This document shows positions 1 to 12,594 of a stretch of DNA of 64,000 nt, piece by piece. Origin of the DNA: Macrostomum lignano. Its lineage: Eukaryota. The DNA is taken from positions 124,001 to 188,000 of the forward strand of contig NIVC01001751.1 in the NCBI GenBank assembly GCA_002269645.1, given 5' to 3'. The position numbers were made by a program, and so were the translations under genes. How positions within the stretch are numbered: the stretch's first letter is position 1; every line of letters begins with the position of its first letter. Below the pieces are notes generated by a model. It did no database searches and was not told the origin of the DNA. It worked only from the letters and a program-made list of their open reading frames with translations.

Positions 1-2776
1 AATTCGAAACTTACAAGATCTTTTGGTTTCGTCTTGCAATCATCTACATATAATTTTACCATTTAAATGATCGCATGACGAAAGTGAATATAAGCTACGT
101 GCTTTCATAACTATGCTATGCCCACTGCACGATCCTCAAGTTGACTGAAAAGTGAGTTGCAGTGATGAATTAGGTTGACTGGAAAGTGAGTTGCAATGAT
201 TTTGTTCTTGAAATATAAATGTGAAACATACTTTTTGATAAACTATAGTGTCTCTTCGACTCTTTTTTAATAGGGATCGTAAGACAAAACTTGACCTGCT
301 CAGGGATCATAAAATGAAAGAATACCGGTAATTGATATGACTATTTAAATTCTACTATCAGAATTGATTGAATTACTGATTTATGGAATTGTATTATACT
401 TAGGGCACTTGCAATTAAATCAATTGAATAAATGAAAAATTAAAATGAAAATTTATAGATTTTTTAGGAGATAAAATAATTATTCAGACAAAAAACAAAC
501 AGCAAGAACAACAGCAGCAAAAAATGAGACAAGTAGCAAAAACAAAAAAGAAAAGTTAGACTCATCACTTATCAGTTATCAGTCATCACTATTGTCTATC
601 AGGCATCAGCATAAGTCTATGATCTATCTATGAGTCCTATGACTATCAGTATGACTGACTATCAATTTATTTTATTTCTATCCCTATCAGTATGACAATA
701 TCAGTATAGTATACATGACTTGATTGTAAATTCTAAATACTGTTACATTATGTACATTTAAAAAGATTTAAAAAATTGAAATCAGTAAAACAAAATTGTT
801 TAAAAGACTGAGAACCCTAAAAAACAATGTAAAAAATTAGATGCCTAAAATTTAGCAAATTCCAATTTTTAGCAAATTTGAGCAAAATGTAGCAGCACTT
901 TTGTAGTGTACGCTAAGTCAAAATTCAATTTAGCAATATTAGCAAATTTCAAATTTAGTGCCCGCTATGCCCATCACTAAGTATAAGATAATTGTACTTA
1001 GGAAAATAAATAAAAATGACTGCTTCTTCCACAGACTGCCAAGAAATTTCCCACAATTTGTTAAGTCTGCTATATCTTCCCACTTTTGCTTGTCCAAGAG
1101 CCTTGAAGGCCTTCAACCATGTGCGTATGCAATCCAGATTGGTCAAGTCCAAACTGTCTAGTTGCAATCCTATTGTTGTGACTTAAAAAAGAGTATTTGA
1201 ACTTCCTATTAAACTTTAATTATTTGAGGTTAGGCTTGTAACTGACAGCTGCTTAGAATTGCATTTTATTTTGTACAACAAAGAGAAGGGAGAATACTTT
1301 AGGGTGGGTGTTATTTGATATTATTGAGTATGGTCATAGATAAATGAAGTATTGCACTCACAGACCCAACTATTTTTTCTCTTGTCTCACTTAAAGCACA
1401 TGTATATATCCTCATCTTAAACACAAAATATAGAAACAGAAATATGAGACAACATGAGCATGGAAAATGTGAAGCAGACATCATCAAGTAGCCTTTTAAT
1501 TCCAATCAGAAGCCCAAATTGATAGTAGCTATCTGGATCTACACATTTCACTCTTGATACAGCCTTAGGAGAATCTTACTCAGTGTTCTTGGATCAATAA
1601 GAAGGGATGGATCTTTCTTGTGCAAAGCAGCCATGAGACACTGCTAAAAGGCTTATTTTGTTGCATATAGACACTGGGCAAGTTGCACTGGGCAATTGTT
1701 GCATATTGCCCCCTATTCTAAGGCCTTACTCAGATCTACATCGGATTCTTGATAGCTGTCAGTTTCTGAATTTGAGGAGTCTGAATTAAATGGAAAATTA
1801 TCACCTTCCTCAACTCTTTCCTTAAGTTGATTACCCAATATCCCTTCATGACAACCTGTTCTATTGGGCAAGGATGATGTCATCATTGGAATTATCTCTT
1901 CTTCATAATGAGAGCTGGAACTAGTATCATTGATGGCATCTAGTAGTTACCTCTCTTGTCCTCTTTACCCAAGTGGCCATCTGAAATTGGCAGAGAAAGG
2001 TATATTTGGGTATAAAAAGGTTATAAACTTTATGTATTTGTATAGTTATATTTTATATATTTATAAATTGTAATATATGAAACTATCAAATTATATAGAA
2101 GCCTTCAGCCTTCTATTAGAAGATGCATTTAGTATATAGACAATTGTTCAAATTGTATACCCCAACACAATGCAAGAGGAGTACAAAGGCATCTCCTTAC
2201 TGCCCTATGCTATCAAGGTGTTCAACCAACTGCTGTTAATATAGTTTTTAGCTAGAACTTATAATAACTCTTTCTATTTATATCAATTGAGAGACTTACT
2301 AACTTGCTATTGCTTTATGTCCTTCTGTACCTAAAAATATATTAGGTATATTTATGGCAGCTAAAAATATAATTTGAATAGTATGCAACTAGCAGAAAGA
2401 CCCTTAGTATCATTGCAAAGTTTCATATAGCTGGTTGTCACTAGCTTAATGAAAAGAAATGCACATTATGTTATGATAAGCAATTATCATGCAGCAAAAT
2501 ATTAAAATATATGATTTTCATGATTACATATTGACAAAATAAACTATAAAAAACGAGCCTTATTTTTCCCCAACTTTCAGTGTTATAAAGCACTGCAGCA
2601 TAGAAATGTCATATTTTAGGTTTCTTAATGACTAAAGTTTAACTTTGATTTTTCAACTTCTTTCAACAAATATTGTACTACCAGGTATGTTACTTCTTTT
2701 CTATTTCTCGTGTATTATTGAACTAGCAAAATGATGACTATTAATGTACAGTGACTCTGGCATCTGGTTATGCAAT

Positions 2777-2808
2777 ATGAACCACAATATCAACAAAGAT
2801 GGACTGTG
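2777..2808 (+). CDS. Candidate first coding micro-exon of dynein light intermediate chain (MNHNINKDGLW)
   Basis: ATG at 2777, open frame, phase-2 donor TG|GTGAAT. Joining to the acceptor at 4710/4711 gives GLW-SRILEEV, resembling the conserved NLWSxILxEV motif. Short, so it could be chance. Confidence 0.35.
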
Positions 2809-2982
2809 GTGAATAGATTTGTGAGGGTATTTTTTGCAACATCAACGCAACCGCAAATTGATGTCAAAATGTTACTCAGGAATGATATCTCGATCTTTTT
2901 CAAGCCGGCCCATTCTCGCTCTGTGACTAGTACTCCCAACACCTCGACCTTGTACTCCTCCAGCAGTGTCTCCAGACTCCTG

Positions 2983-4140
2983 TTAAACCTGTCTGGTTGC
3001 TCTTGTAATTCCCACCACCGAAAACGCATTTATTCGAATATTACTCGTACTCGTATATACAGAGTTAATTGAGAATCCCGTTTGTTGCTGCTGGGAGACT
3101 TTCTTGTGAGCTGGGAATCGATTCTCTCTCATCGGTTCCCTGGGTTCAGTTCCCAATTTGTTGCACTTGACGGAGATGTGGCCTTCTTCTCCGCACTTGA
3201 AGCACCAGACACATGGACCAGAATTTGCTCCAGCCGCACTCCTGATCTTCCTTTGCGGCACCTTGCAGCTGCGTGGTCCCCCTTCAGACACGAACAGCAC
3301 TGCACTGCCAAAGATCGTCGCAACAGGCTGTTTTTCGGCTTTCCTAGTCACCGATTCTTTCATCCTAACTTCCATCACTGCCAATTGCTTCCGCAGCATT
3401 TCCACTTCCTTGGATTCTATGGACTCCTTTGTAGCCTCCGTCGTCTAACCGCAGACTGCCCCTTGTGCTGGTGTACCATGGCTGGCTCTCATGGAAGCTT
3501 CGAGTTGGTGAACGCGTTTCCGTTTCCGACCAGTTCTATGGCCTCAAAAATTGTTCGACTGTTTCCTTTTCTGTCTGCTCTCGGTTGTTTAGCTCAGTGT
3601 GGTAGTCCAGGACAGTGCAATGCATGTTAATGCGGTCCAGCAGCGCCTGCTGGATTCCTCATAGCCGAGGTCTGCATTCAGGTTCATGTTGTCGACCATG
3701 ACGACATGCCTTGTCGACCATGCCTTGGAAGGTGCTAAAGACTAGGTTGCTAGGCAACTGAGCACGTTGATTATGCATCGGAATATGCATGGGATCAACA
3801 ATATGCTTCGAAGTGCCGCCACCACTTCACAAAGTTCATTCCTGGAGCCGTTGAATTCTGAGGGTGAAGGCACCAGCTTGCTGCATGTTCTGGGCAGTGA
3901 ATGCAGCAACCAGGTCATTAACACTGAAGACAGCACCTCCAGCTGCACTTCTAGCATTCATGCCGCAGCTTCACAGTCTCTAATCTCAACATCTGAATAT
4001 CTCAAAAGGTTTCGCGACTCAATCTTGGCTTGGTCTTCCCCAGCGCAGGGCTCCACCAAGGGTGCCAATTTGTGATGATGAAGCTCGAGGGCTCGGTCCT
4101 CAAGGGTTCGTGTACTGACTCTGGCTACCGTCAATTCCAC
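2983..4140 (-). mobile_element. Degenerate LTR-retrotransposon (Gypsy-like) gag relic
   Basis: CCHC zinc knuckle CFKCGEEGHISVKC in ORF 2983-3405, preceded by a coiled-coil-like stretch. Upstream ORF fragments are broken by stops. No RT or integrase seen. Confidence 0.6.
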
Positions 4141-4710
4141 CGAACCGCGTACGACACGGAGTCGGTTGACTCACATAAGTTGGCGCCCTGGGCGCTCATT
4201 GAATTCACATTCACCACACTTGTAATTATCAAAGGAGAATGAAAAAATCGAACTGAATTTTATGTTGCACACTTAAGCATTTATTTTGTTATCTAGTGTC
4301 AATGTCTTGATTATGTTGGAGTCTATTTTTAGTGTACATTTTGATAGATTCCAGTGCATATTAGTTGATTCTTTCTAAATAAAAGACTACCTGACATATG
4401 CCTTTCTAGGAAAATTATACACATTAGTGAAAAATAAATATATATATATTGTGCTTGATATATAAAATATACTCTGGGACCTGAATATTCAAGGCCAAAT
4501 AGACCAACATTACAGAGGATTATAGGGTTTAAGAACAATTATCAATTAAGACTTTGTCTTTATGCTTGACAAGTTCTCAATTTAACTTCTAGACAACTAA
4601 TTCGGCCTCCTAAAAATAAGTTTTATTTACTCATTCTCTGACATTATTGCAGCTTAGTTAAAGTAAGACATGCATAACTAAAACAGCTCTTTGTCTCTGT
4701 CACCCTGCAG

Positions 4711-5501
4711 GTCCCGCATCCTGGAAGAGGTCCGCTCCAACGCTACGCAGAGCCAGCCGGCACCAAAGAGCCTACTAATGCTAGGCGACGTTAGCAGCGG
4801 CAAATCGTCGCTGGTAGCCCGGCTTAAAGGCGAGGAAGTGCTTGGCAAAGGTCACGGGCTCGAGTACCACTACCTGGACGTGACCGATTCCGGTCGCGAA
4901 GCCGAGAGCCGCCTGGGCGTGTGGATCCTAGACGGAGACCCATTCCACCAGAACCTGCTGAGATTCGCGCTGACCAAGGCCAACTTCTCCGACACACTGG
5001 TGCTGCTGGTTGGCAGCGCCGATGCGCCCTGGGCCCTTATCGAGTCTCTGCAGCAGTGGATCGACATCCTGTCCCGCTACGTTGACCGGCTTGGCCTGGA
5101 CGCTGACGAATTGCGCGAAGCCCGCGACTCGCTGACGCGTCAGTTTGTTGACTACGTCGAGCCCGACGCCGATGCCACCGCCGCTGCCGCCGCCGCTCAA
5201 CAGGCTGCTGCTGCCGCTGCTGCCGCCGCCGCTGCTGCTGCTGCCAGCTCCGCGACAAACCCGTCAGCGTCTGCCGCTTCCCTAGCCAGACGGGCGCCGA
5301 ACCCGCTGCACCCGCCGGCTGACCCGGACAAGGTGGCCTTGCCGCTACCCGAAGGCTCATTCACCTGCAACCTGGGCCTGCCAATAGTTGTTGTTATAAC
5401 CAAAACTGACACAATGGCCGGCGTGCTTGAGAAAGAGATGGATTACAAAGAGGAGCACTTTGACTTTTTGCAGTACCACCTGCGTTGCTTCTGTCTTAAA
5501 T
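4711..5501 (+). CDS. DYNC1LI: Cytoplasmic dynein 1 light intermediate chain, G-domain exon
   Basis: Acceptor ccctgcag|G at 4710. P-loop-like GDVSSGKS, GLEYHYL, VWILDGD and LGLPIVVVITKTD motifs. Donor AAAT|gtgagt at 5502. Confidence 0.93.
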
Positions 5502-5561
5502 GTGAGTTGGCTTTCTTGCAGGGTATACTAGCGTATTAGAGATGATTTATTGCAATCATTG

Positions 5562-5932
5562 TGTCCCTAATCCCTGTGTATTGATCCCTAATCTCTGTGT
5601 ATTAGTCCCTAATCCCTGTGTATTGGTCCCTAATCTCTGTGTATTAGTCCCTAATCTCTGTGTATTGATCCCTAATCTCTGTGTATTAGTCCCTAATCCC
5701 TGTGTATTGATCCCTAATCTCTGTGTATTAGTCCCTAATCCCTGTGTATTAGTCCCTAATCCCTGTGTATTGGTCCCTAATCTCTGTTTATTGGTCCCTA
5801 ATCCCTGTATATTGGTCTCTAATCTCTGTTTACTGGTCCATAATCCCTGTTTATTGGTCCCTAATCCCTGTATATTGGTCTCTAATCTCTGTTTACTGGT
5901 CCATAATCCCTGTTTATTGGTCCCTAATCCCG
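5562..5932. repeat. 21-bp intronic minisatellite (CCCTAATCCCTGTGTATTAGT), about 17 copies
   Basis: Tandem periodicity; translates as 7-aa repeats. Confidence 0.95.
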
Positions 5933-6001
5933 GTCTCATAAGGCAGCCCTAGCGTATGCCGCAAATCCAAAAAAAGATTTTTTTACTCGTCCGTCTCGCA
6001 G

Positions 6002-6858
6002 ACGGCGCAGCCTTGGTGTACACGTCAGTCCGCGAGGACAAGAACTGCGCCCTATTGCGCAGCTACCTGCTGCACCGGGCCTACGGCTTGCCCTGCCCGC
6101 ACGCCGCTTATGTTGTCGAGCGCGACTGCGTGTTTGTCCCGGCTGGCTGGGACAGCCACGCCAAGGCCTACCTGCTGGCGGCCAGCACCGGCTCGCTCAC
6201 CAAGGACCTGTCCAACACGCCATTCAGCGATGTCATCACCAGGCCAGCGGGCTTCGCCGCCGGGGTCAGGCGGGCCGGCGCCAGCGGTTCAACGCCGGGT
6301 CGCGGAGGCTCCGGGGTTGGCGTAGGCGGCGGCGGAGCTGCTGGCGGTGGCGACGCGGAGCAGGCGGAGGACGAGCAGGTGTTCTTGTCCCGGCTGCAGT
6401 CCGCTCTGCTCAAGCAGTCGGCAGCACCGGCTGGCGGCGCCGGCGGCCCCCTGCCCGGTGTAGGTGGCGGCGCCGGTGTCGGGGCGCCTGGCGCCTCGCG
6501 CGCCAGTGTCGGCGGCGCCGGAAAGGCGGTAGGCGCGGCTACGGGCCGCTTGCCGCCCGGAGCGGCCGGTCAGGGCGCCTCGGCGGCCGCCATGGGCGCC
6601 AACGATGGCGTGCTGGCGAATTTCTTCAACTCGCTGCTGTCGAAGCGGTCGGGCGGGTCGCCGGGCCAGCAGCAGCAGCAGCAGCAGACGTCCCAGGCTG
6701 GTGCGTCTCCGGCCGCAGCAAGCGCTGGCGGCGGCTCGGCGCCGGCGAAGATTCAGCCGAAATCGCAGCAGCAGCAGGACGGGTCGCCGGCGGCCGATGG
6801 CGAGGCGGCGGAGTCGCCAGTGAAGCGGGTCGGGCCGCCCACGCCCGCCCAGTCGTAG
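6002..6858 (+). CDS. DYNC1LI: Dynein light intermediate chain, last exon
   Basis: Acceptor ctcgcag|AC restores T|AC = Tyr (YGAALVYTS). VFVPAGWDS motif and the conserved C-terminal helices EDEQVFLSRLQ and GVLANFFNSLLSK are present. TAG at 6856-6858. Confidence 0.93.
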
Positions 6859-7989
6859 CTGTCTGCGTATCCGGTGTAGCCAGGGAAATTGTCCCAGCTT
6901 TTCTCTGGCTTCCCCCCTCTTGGCTTCTGCCCGCCCTCATTCCTGCCCAGCCTAGCCCAATTTCATTCACCTGAGCCGCGTACGATTTACATTTTTGAGC
7001 AATTATTTCTATTTATTAATTTATTAAACCGTTTTTTCTGTCTATATGTTGCATATTTATCTGTTGCTTTCCCAACTCTGCTGGAACTGCGCTAAAACTG
7101 GATAAAAATAACTGACACTGTGGCGCAGTGTCCGGGTATGCCGCCTTTTAAACTAATTTATTGCATTGATCAATCAGTGTTCAAATTGCCGCGCAAAGCA
7201 CTTTGCCTCTAGAGACGTCTCACACTTTACTGTACCTTACTGATACAATCATTAATTCGCTACGAGATTAGTAGTTTCCTACAGCAATCATCGGTGTAGC
7301 AGATAATAGTAGTTGCTGGATTAGCTGAGAGCCAGTGCAGAATCTCAGATGAGATGCTAATCAAGTGTTAATTTGTAAACGCGCTCCGTTCACGCGAGCT
7401 TATGTTAAGTTTCCCTTGGATACTGTTGTCACACACAAATTAGCTGTCTAACAATAATTTCATATATTCTACATTCATTTCCCTCGGCCAAGCAGTGCTT
7501 ATTGCATTCGTGATATAATTAATCAGTTATCTTTCTGTCACAAAACCTATTCTGGCCTGGAAGAGCTCTACAAACCGGTTCGGTCTATGGTGTTCTACTT
7601 TTTAAGCCCCCCCCGTTTTTGCACCCTTAGATAAACTTTCAACTTTTTTGTCTCCAGCTTCAGCCATTGCTAAATATTTTGCTGACAAGGCCGCCTGCTG
7701 ACAATGGACAATATTAGCGCTGGTCAATTTGAAACACTATGCAAAGAGACTTTGTTGCCATCAAATGCTGAATGCTGAATATATATTAATAATAATAATT
7801 GATGTGCTATTTTTGTTTGAAACAGCTTAGTGAATTTTAATTGGCTCATCAATCAATCATTTAAACTAAAATGTTTTCTTTTTAAACGATGGTTTGAATA
7901 TTAATTTACACAATACTAATGGTAGCAGTTTAGTAGGGTAAGTGGCTTTCATGACCCTAAATAAAAACTTAGTCTTGATAAAAAGATTT

Positions 7990-8603
7990 CCGCTGCAATT
8001 ATTGAGGCCAGCCAGTCTGTTGTTCTCTTGTAGGAGAGCAGTGAGGTGCAAATGTCTGCTCGGCTTTGACGGTCCCTGTCAGTCAGGTCATGGGGGGTCC
8101 ACTGTCCGAGCTTGCTTTTCTTGCCCATGGCAGCCAGGTGTTCAGCGACTTGCACATGGGAGCACCCGAGAGTGGCTGCCAACTCTCGTGTAGTCTGGTG
8201 CGGATTGGCCTCCACAAGTGTTCGCAGCAGCTCAGTGTCTATCTCAGATGGGCGTCCAGGGCGAGGTTCGTCAGCAAGGCTGTAGTCGCCGCTGCGAAAG
8301 CGATCAAACCAACGACGGGCTGTGCGGTCAGAGACAGCATCCTGGCCAAATGCACTGCACAGGCGTCGAGTCGATTCGGCTGCTGTAATACCTGCTAGAA
8401 AATCATATAGCATGCACTGCCTTAGAGCGATGCTGTTTAATTCAAAATTTCTGGCCATAATTGGGCGCTGAAAAGCAAATGACTTGGTTAGAATGACCAC
8501 AACTCTGGCTGTATATGCATACACAAGTATTGGATCCAACACAGCTTCATGATCCTCTGCATAGAAAAATAAAAAAACGGACAGAACTTTCCTAACAACC
8601 CAA
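7990..8603 (-). mobile_element. 3'-truncated mariner transposon (left TIR plus DNA-binding half of transposase)
   Basis: On the minus strand TA|TTGGGTTGTTAGGAAAGTTCTGTCCG, a mariner-type TIR. ATG at 8458 gives HTH region RRWFDRFRSGD..PRPGRP and WTPHDL (WVPHEL motif). Similarity stops near the first catalytic Asp; no right TIR found. Confidence 0.85.
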
Positions 8604-9287
8604 TAGTTAAAATCCAATACACTAAGTAGTATTACCGGTATATCTGGATCGAAAATTGGAGCCATTTAAAAGCTCGTTTTATTACAAGTTGTTTTAATCA
8701 AGCGTCTGCAGAGACAGTAAAGGATTTGCAGTAGAATAGCTCGTGCTAAAATGAAGCTAAGAGATGTTTTCAAACGTAACGATAATTTCGTTCTCGTTAC
8801 CTTTGAAAACACGCTTGGTAATTCCTATGTAGTTGAAGTTCAATTAATAAGAGCGCATAATGAAGTTTAAGTACAGACAGGGAGTAAATTGCGCAGGATA
8901 GTACTAATAGTAGCCAGTGCCCTCAGAAATGAATATAATCATCCAGTAAGGTCAGGGAATATCAGGAAGAGGACAATGGGACAGCAGTAGGCATTTGTAC
9001 AGTATAAATTGTACTCACAGAATTATTGTCAGGTGCAAATGAAGGTCAGCAGACTTTCAGAGCAAGAGATTATAAAAGACTGAAATTGAGCGCACACTGG
9101 TATCAGCGTGAGGTGATGACAAAAAGTAAAGTTTAGACTTATCAGTTAGGGCTGACGAGGAGGCTGGAGGTGTATATGGCTATATATACTCGTATATATA
9201 TTAATCATTAAAGTTTCTCTACACTCTATTGCTACTATGAGTAGACATAATCAGATACTGATTGCCCGCAGAGTAGTAGTTAACCAT

Positions 9288-9716
9288 TTAAGGCGTAGAC
9301 CGGCCCTGGTCGCAGGCAGCCAGCATGTTCTTAACAAACTGGATAGCGCTATCGAACTGGGTCCAGAAGTAGCACTCGGCGCCCATTCTCAGGGCCAATC
9401 GCTCGCCATAGACGTCGCGCACGTACTCGAGCTGGCTGAGCAGGGCTGGCGGGTTGGCTTTGATAATAACGAATACAAATGCGGGCAGCAGATCGTCGGC
9501 GCTAAGCGGCCGCTCGCAGGACAAATAGAGCAGCCGGCTGAGCAGGTCGTAGGCCCGGCGCACGCAGGCCACCTTGTCGCGGGCCAGCTTGAATACGGGC
9601 AGCAGGCGGAGCTGCTCCTGGGCTGGCAGCCAGGGACAGCCGGAGTGGAAGGCGCGCGGAATGCGCAGCAGCCGGTGATTGGGCGACAGGTCGCGGCCCA
9701 GTTCGTCCATGGCTCG
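9288..9716 (-). CDS. GAPVD1: GAPVD1 last exon (VPS9 Rab5-GEF domain)
   Basis: Acceptor cacacag|CGA. Motifs SADDLLPAFVFVIIKANPP and YFWTQFDSAIQFV. 429 nt including TAA. Confidence 0.92.
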   Translation of the reverse strand, partial: RAMDELGRDLSPNHRLLRIPRAFHSGCPWLPAQEQLRLLPVFKLARDKVACVRRAYDLLSRLLYLSCERPLSADDLLPAFVFVIIKANPPALLSQLEYVRDVYGERLALRMGAECYFWTQFDSAIQFVKNMLAACDQGRSTP

Positions 9717-9774
9717 CTGTGTGCGGCAAGTGAGGGGAACTCGCTTTATTTGTTGGACTGAGAGTGAAACTCGG

Positions 9775-9816
9775 AGTGACGAGTGACAGGGTGGGATTGA
9801 GAGCGACAAGGATGAG

Positions 9817-9877
<61 letters not shown>

Positions 9878-10415
9878 GATGTTGGGAGTGACAAGGGTGA
9901 GATTGAGAGTGTCAAGGATGATATTGGGAGTGACAAGGGTGAGATTGAGAGTGTCAAGGATGATATTGGGAGTGACAAGGGTGAGATTGAGAGTGACAAG
10001 GTGGGATTTGAGTGACAAGGGTGGAGTTTAGAGTGACAAGGGGAGACTGTGAGTGATACAGTCATGGCTCTCGAGTTTAGAGTGACAAGGGGAGACTGTG
10101 AGTGATAACGAGACTGAGAGTGACAAGGGTGATGTTGGGAGTGACAAGGGTGAGATTGAGAGTGACAAGGTGGGATTGGAGTGACAAGGGTGGAGTTTAG
10201 AGTGACAAGGGGAGACTGAGAGTGACAAGGGTGGATTTTAGAATGACAAGGGTGAGATTGAGAGTAACAAGGTGGGATTGGAGTGACAAGGGTGATATTG
10301 GGAGTGACAAGGTGGGATTGGAGTGACAAGGGTGAGACTCGGAGTGACAAGGATAAGACTGGGAGTGACAAGGGTGAGACTCGGAGTGACAAGCATGAGA
10401 CTGGGAGTGACAAGC
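9775..10415. repeat. Compound intronic minisatellite (GAGTGACAAGGGTG core) with a (GA)n tract
   Basis: Repeated gagtgacaag core; (GA)n at about 9820-9873. Fills the last GAPVD1 intron. Confidence 0.9.
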
Positions 10416-10488
10416 GTCAGCAGTGAGAAGTGCCAAGAGGTGCAGTGGCAGCAGGCATTAAAGCGGCCAGCATGGAGCCAACTCTCAC

Positions 10489-12594
10489 CCGGAACACCTC
10501 GTCCCGCTCCTGCATGACGCGCATGTCGTTAGAGCCGCTCAGGTAGGCATAGACCTCCGGGTAGCTCACTAGCCAGCGCTCAATATAATCGTAGGACTGC
10601 TGCAGCAGGTCGCCAGCTGGCGAGTCCTCCTCGGAGTTGGCCGCGGCCGCCACTGACGAGTCCTGCTGATCGAATCCTAGGCCGACAGACCGGCTCCAGT
10701 TGAGCCTGGCGCACAGGTGAGCCACGAGTTTCTGGGTCTCTTCGCATTTCTCGTCAGCAGAATTGCACTGACGCAGCGTGGCCTGCAGGCTGCGCACCTC
10801 GTGCTCGTCCGAGCGCTTTAAGAAGGCGCGCAGCTCGCACAGCAGCAACTGTTGAAAGGCCAGGCGGCGGGAGTGTCGCAGGCGGCGAAGCGCGTGCTCG
10901 GCTCGGTCCCGCCTGGCGGCCAGGGCGTGCCGCGTGTTCACCAGGTAGGCGGCGTACACGGCCCGCTGCTTCAGGTCGCGCCGCATCGACAGCAGCAGCC
11001 GCTTCAAGGCGTGCGCGTCGAACGGGGCCAGCAGGGCCAACAGGTCGGCCAGGGCGGCAGCCAGCTGGTCCAGGCCCAGTTCGGCCGCCTCGGCCAGTTG
11101 GCGCCTCAACAGGTCGGCGACACCGCCGCTAGCCGCGCCGGAGTCGAAGCCGCCGGGCGGCAGCAGGCGGAACTCCGAGCTGGTGAGGGCAGAGCGCAGC
11201 CGCCGCTTGGCCTCGGCGAAGGCCGGGCTGTCCTCCGGATTGCTTGGATCGAAAAACGGCGGCGCGGCTGTCCCGCCCTCCGCCTGGGAGGACTCGGCGC
11301 CGGTCGCACCGTCGGCGGCGTCTTCGGCGTCAGCGGCGGCAGCGGGCGCCGGCGACCCGGTTGAGTTGTTGGCCGCAGCGGCAGAGGCCGTGGCTGGCCC
11401 GGCCGGCGGCCTTCGGGCAGTTTTGTATTTTGTGAACACCAGGTCAGCGGCCGACAGTGGAGTCGCTGCCGCGGCGGCCGGCGAGGCAGTCACCGCTGGG
11501 GACGCCGCCGATTCTGATTCAACGGCGCCGCTGGAGCCGCCACCGCCTCCGACGATGCCGCCAGACTTGGCGGCCGCGTTCAGCAGCGTCTTCTTGGCTA
11601 GCGGCTTCTTCAGCTTGCCAGCCGGACCGGCCGGCCGGGATAGTCGGCCGCCGCCGCCGCTGCCGATCGCGCCGCCGGTGCCTCCGCCCGGCTCGCTGCC
11701 GGTGTCGCTGGCCCCGATGCCGGCAGCTGCGGCTTCGACTGGGCCGGCGTGGTCGTCTTGCGATCGGCGCCGATTGGCGGCTGCCGCGGCTGCGTTGGCT
11801 GCGGCCGCCGCGGCTGCGCCAACCTTAGCGGCCGACACGCTGCTGCTGCAGTTGCTGGCCGTCTCGTCGAAATCCTCGCCAAGCCGCTCCGAATATTTGT
11901 CGTCGGCCTCGCTGGCTGGCACTTCAATCGAGAACTTGTCGTCGGTGTCCAGCATCAGGTCGCGCGCCGTGGCGTCCCTGTCGCCTTCGCTGTCAATCAC
12001 CGACGTAGACCATTGATCGTCGGGGCGTTCAACAGGCGACATGTCCCGCTGCGGGGGCGGAATGTCGAACTTGTTGAATCGCTCGGTGACGTCTTTGCCG
12101 CTGCTGCCGTCTGGCAGGGCGTCTAGCGGACTGTCCCGGCCGCTGATGCTGGGCGTACCGCGGCCGCTGACGTTGGCGGAGACCAGACTCTCGTCCTCCT
12201 CGTCCATCTCCACTGACGGCGCGCTGTGCGTGGAGGCCACCTCCGAGATGGCGGTCTCGCTGACAATCTCCAGACAGTCTCCGCCGCTGCCGCCACCCCC
12301 ACCGCCGCCGCCGCCACCGGCGCCTCCGCCTTGATGACTGCCAGATGTTGAGCCGCCGCCTTCGGAGTCGCCGCCGAGTCCGCTAAGTGAAAACCGGGTC
12401 TTCTTCTCGTTGCCGCCGCTGCCGCCGCTGCCACCGCCGCCGCCGCCCCTAGTGTAGGAAGACTCCTCTGGCGCGAAGATTGACACCCTGGCTCGCTTGC
12501 TGGCCTTCTCCAACACCCGGTCCTCGGGCAGCAGGCCGGGACAGTCGGCCGGCGGGTCCAGCTGGAGCACCAGGACGTCGCGGGACTGCCGGAT
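10489..12594 (-). CDS. GAPVD1: GAPVD1 large central exon
   Basis: 2106 nt, phase 0/0. Acceptor taacag|ATC (IRQSRDVLVL..CPGLLPEDRVL), AYLVNTR region, donor CGG|gtgaga. Confidence 0.9.

Noticed and set aside
955-1950. Minus-strand coding fragments (DCIRTWLKAFKALGQAK; QLKERVEEGDN...)
   Set aside because: Short, stop-interrupted and with no diagnostic motif; possibly old TE debris, unassignable.
4779-4781. ATG as the dynein LIC start
   Set aside because: It would remove the beta-strand before the P-loop and the conserved WSxIL motif; the strong acceptor at 4710 indicates an upstream exon.
5562-5932. Interstitial telomeric repeat (CCCTAA)
   Set aside because: One hexamer per 21-bp unit, never in tandem.
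7175-7739. hAT-like element with (C/T)AGTGTT(T)CAAATTG ends
   Set aside because: Short imperfect TIRs and no TSD; not supportable.
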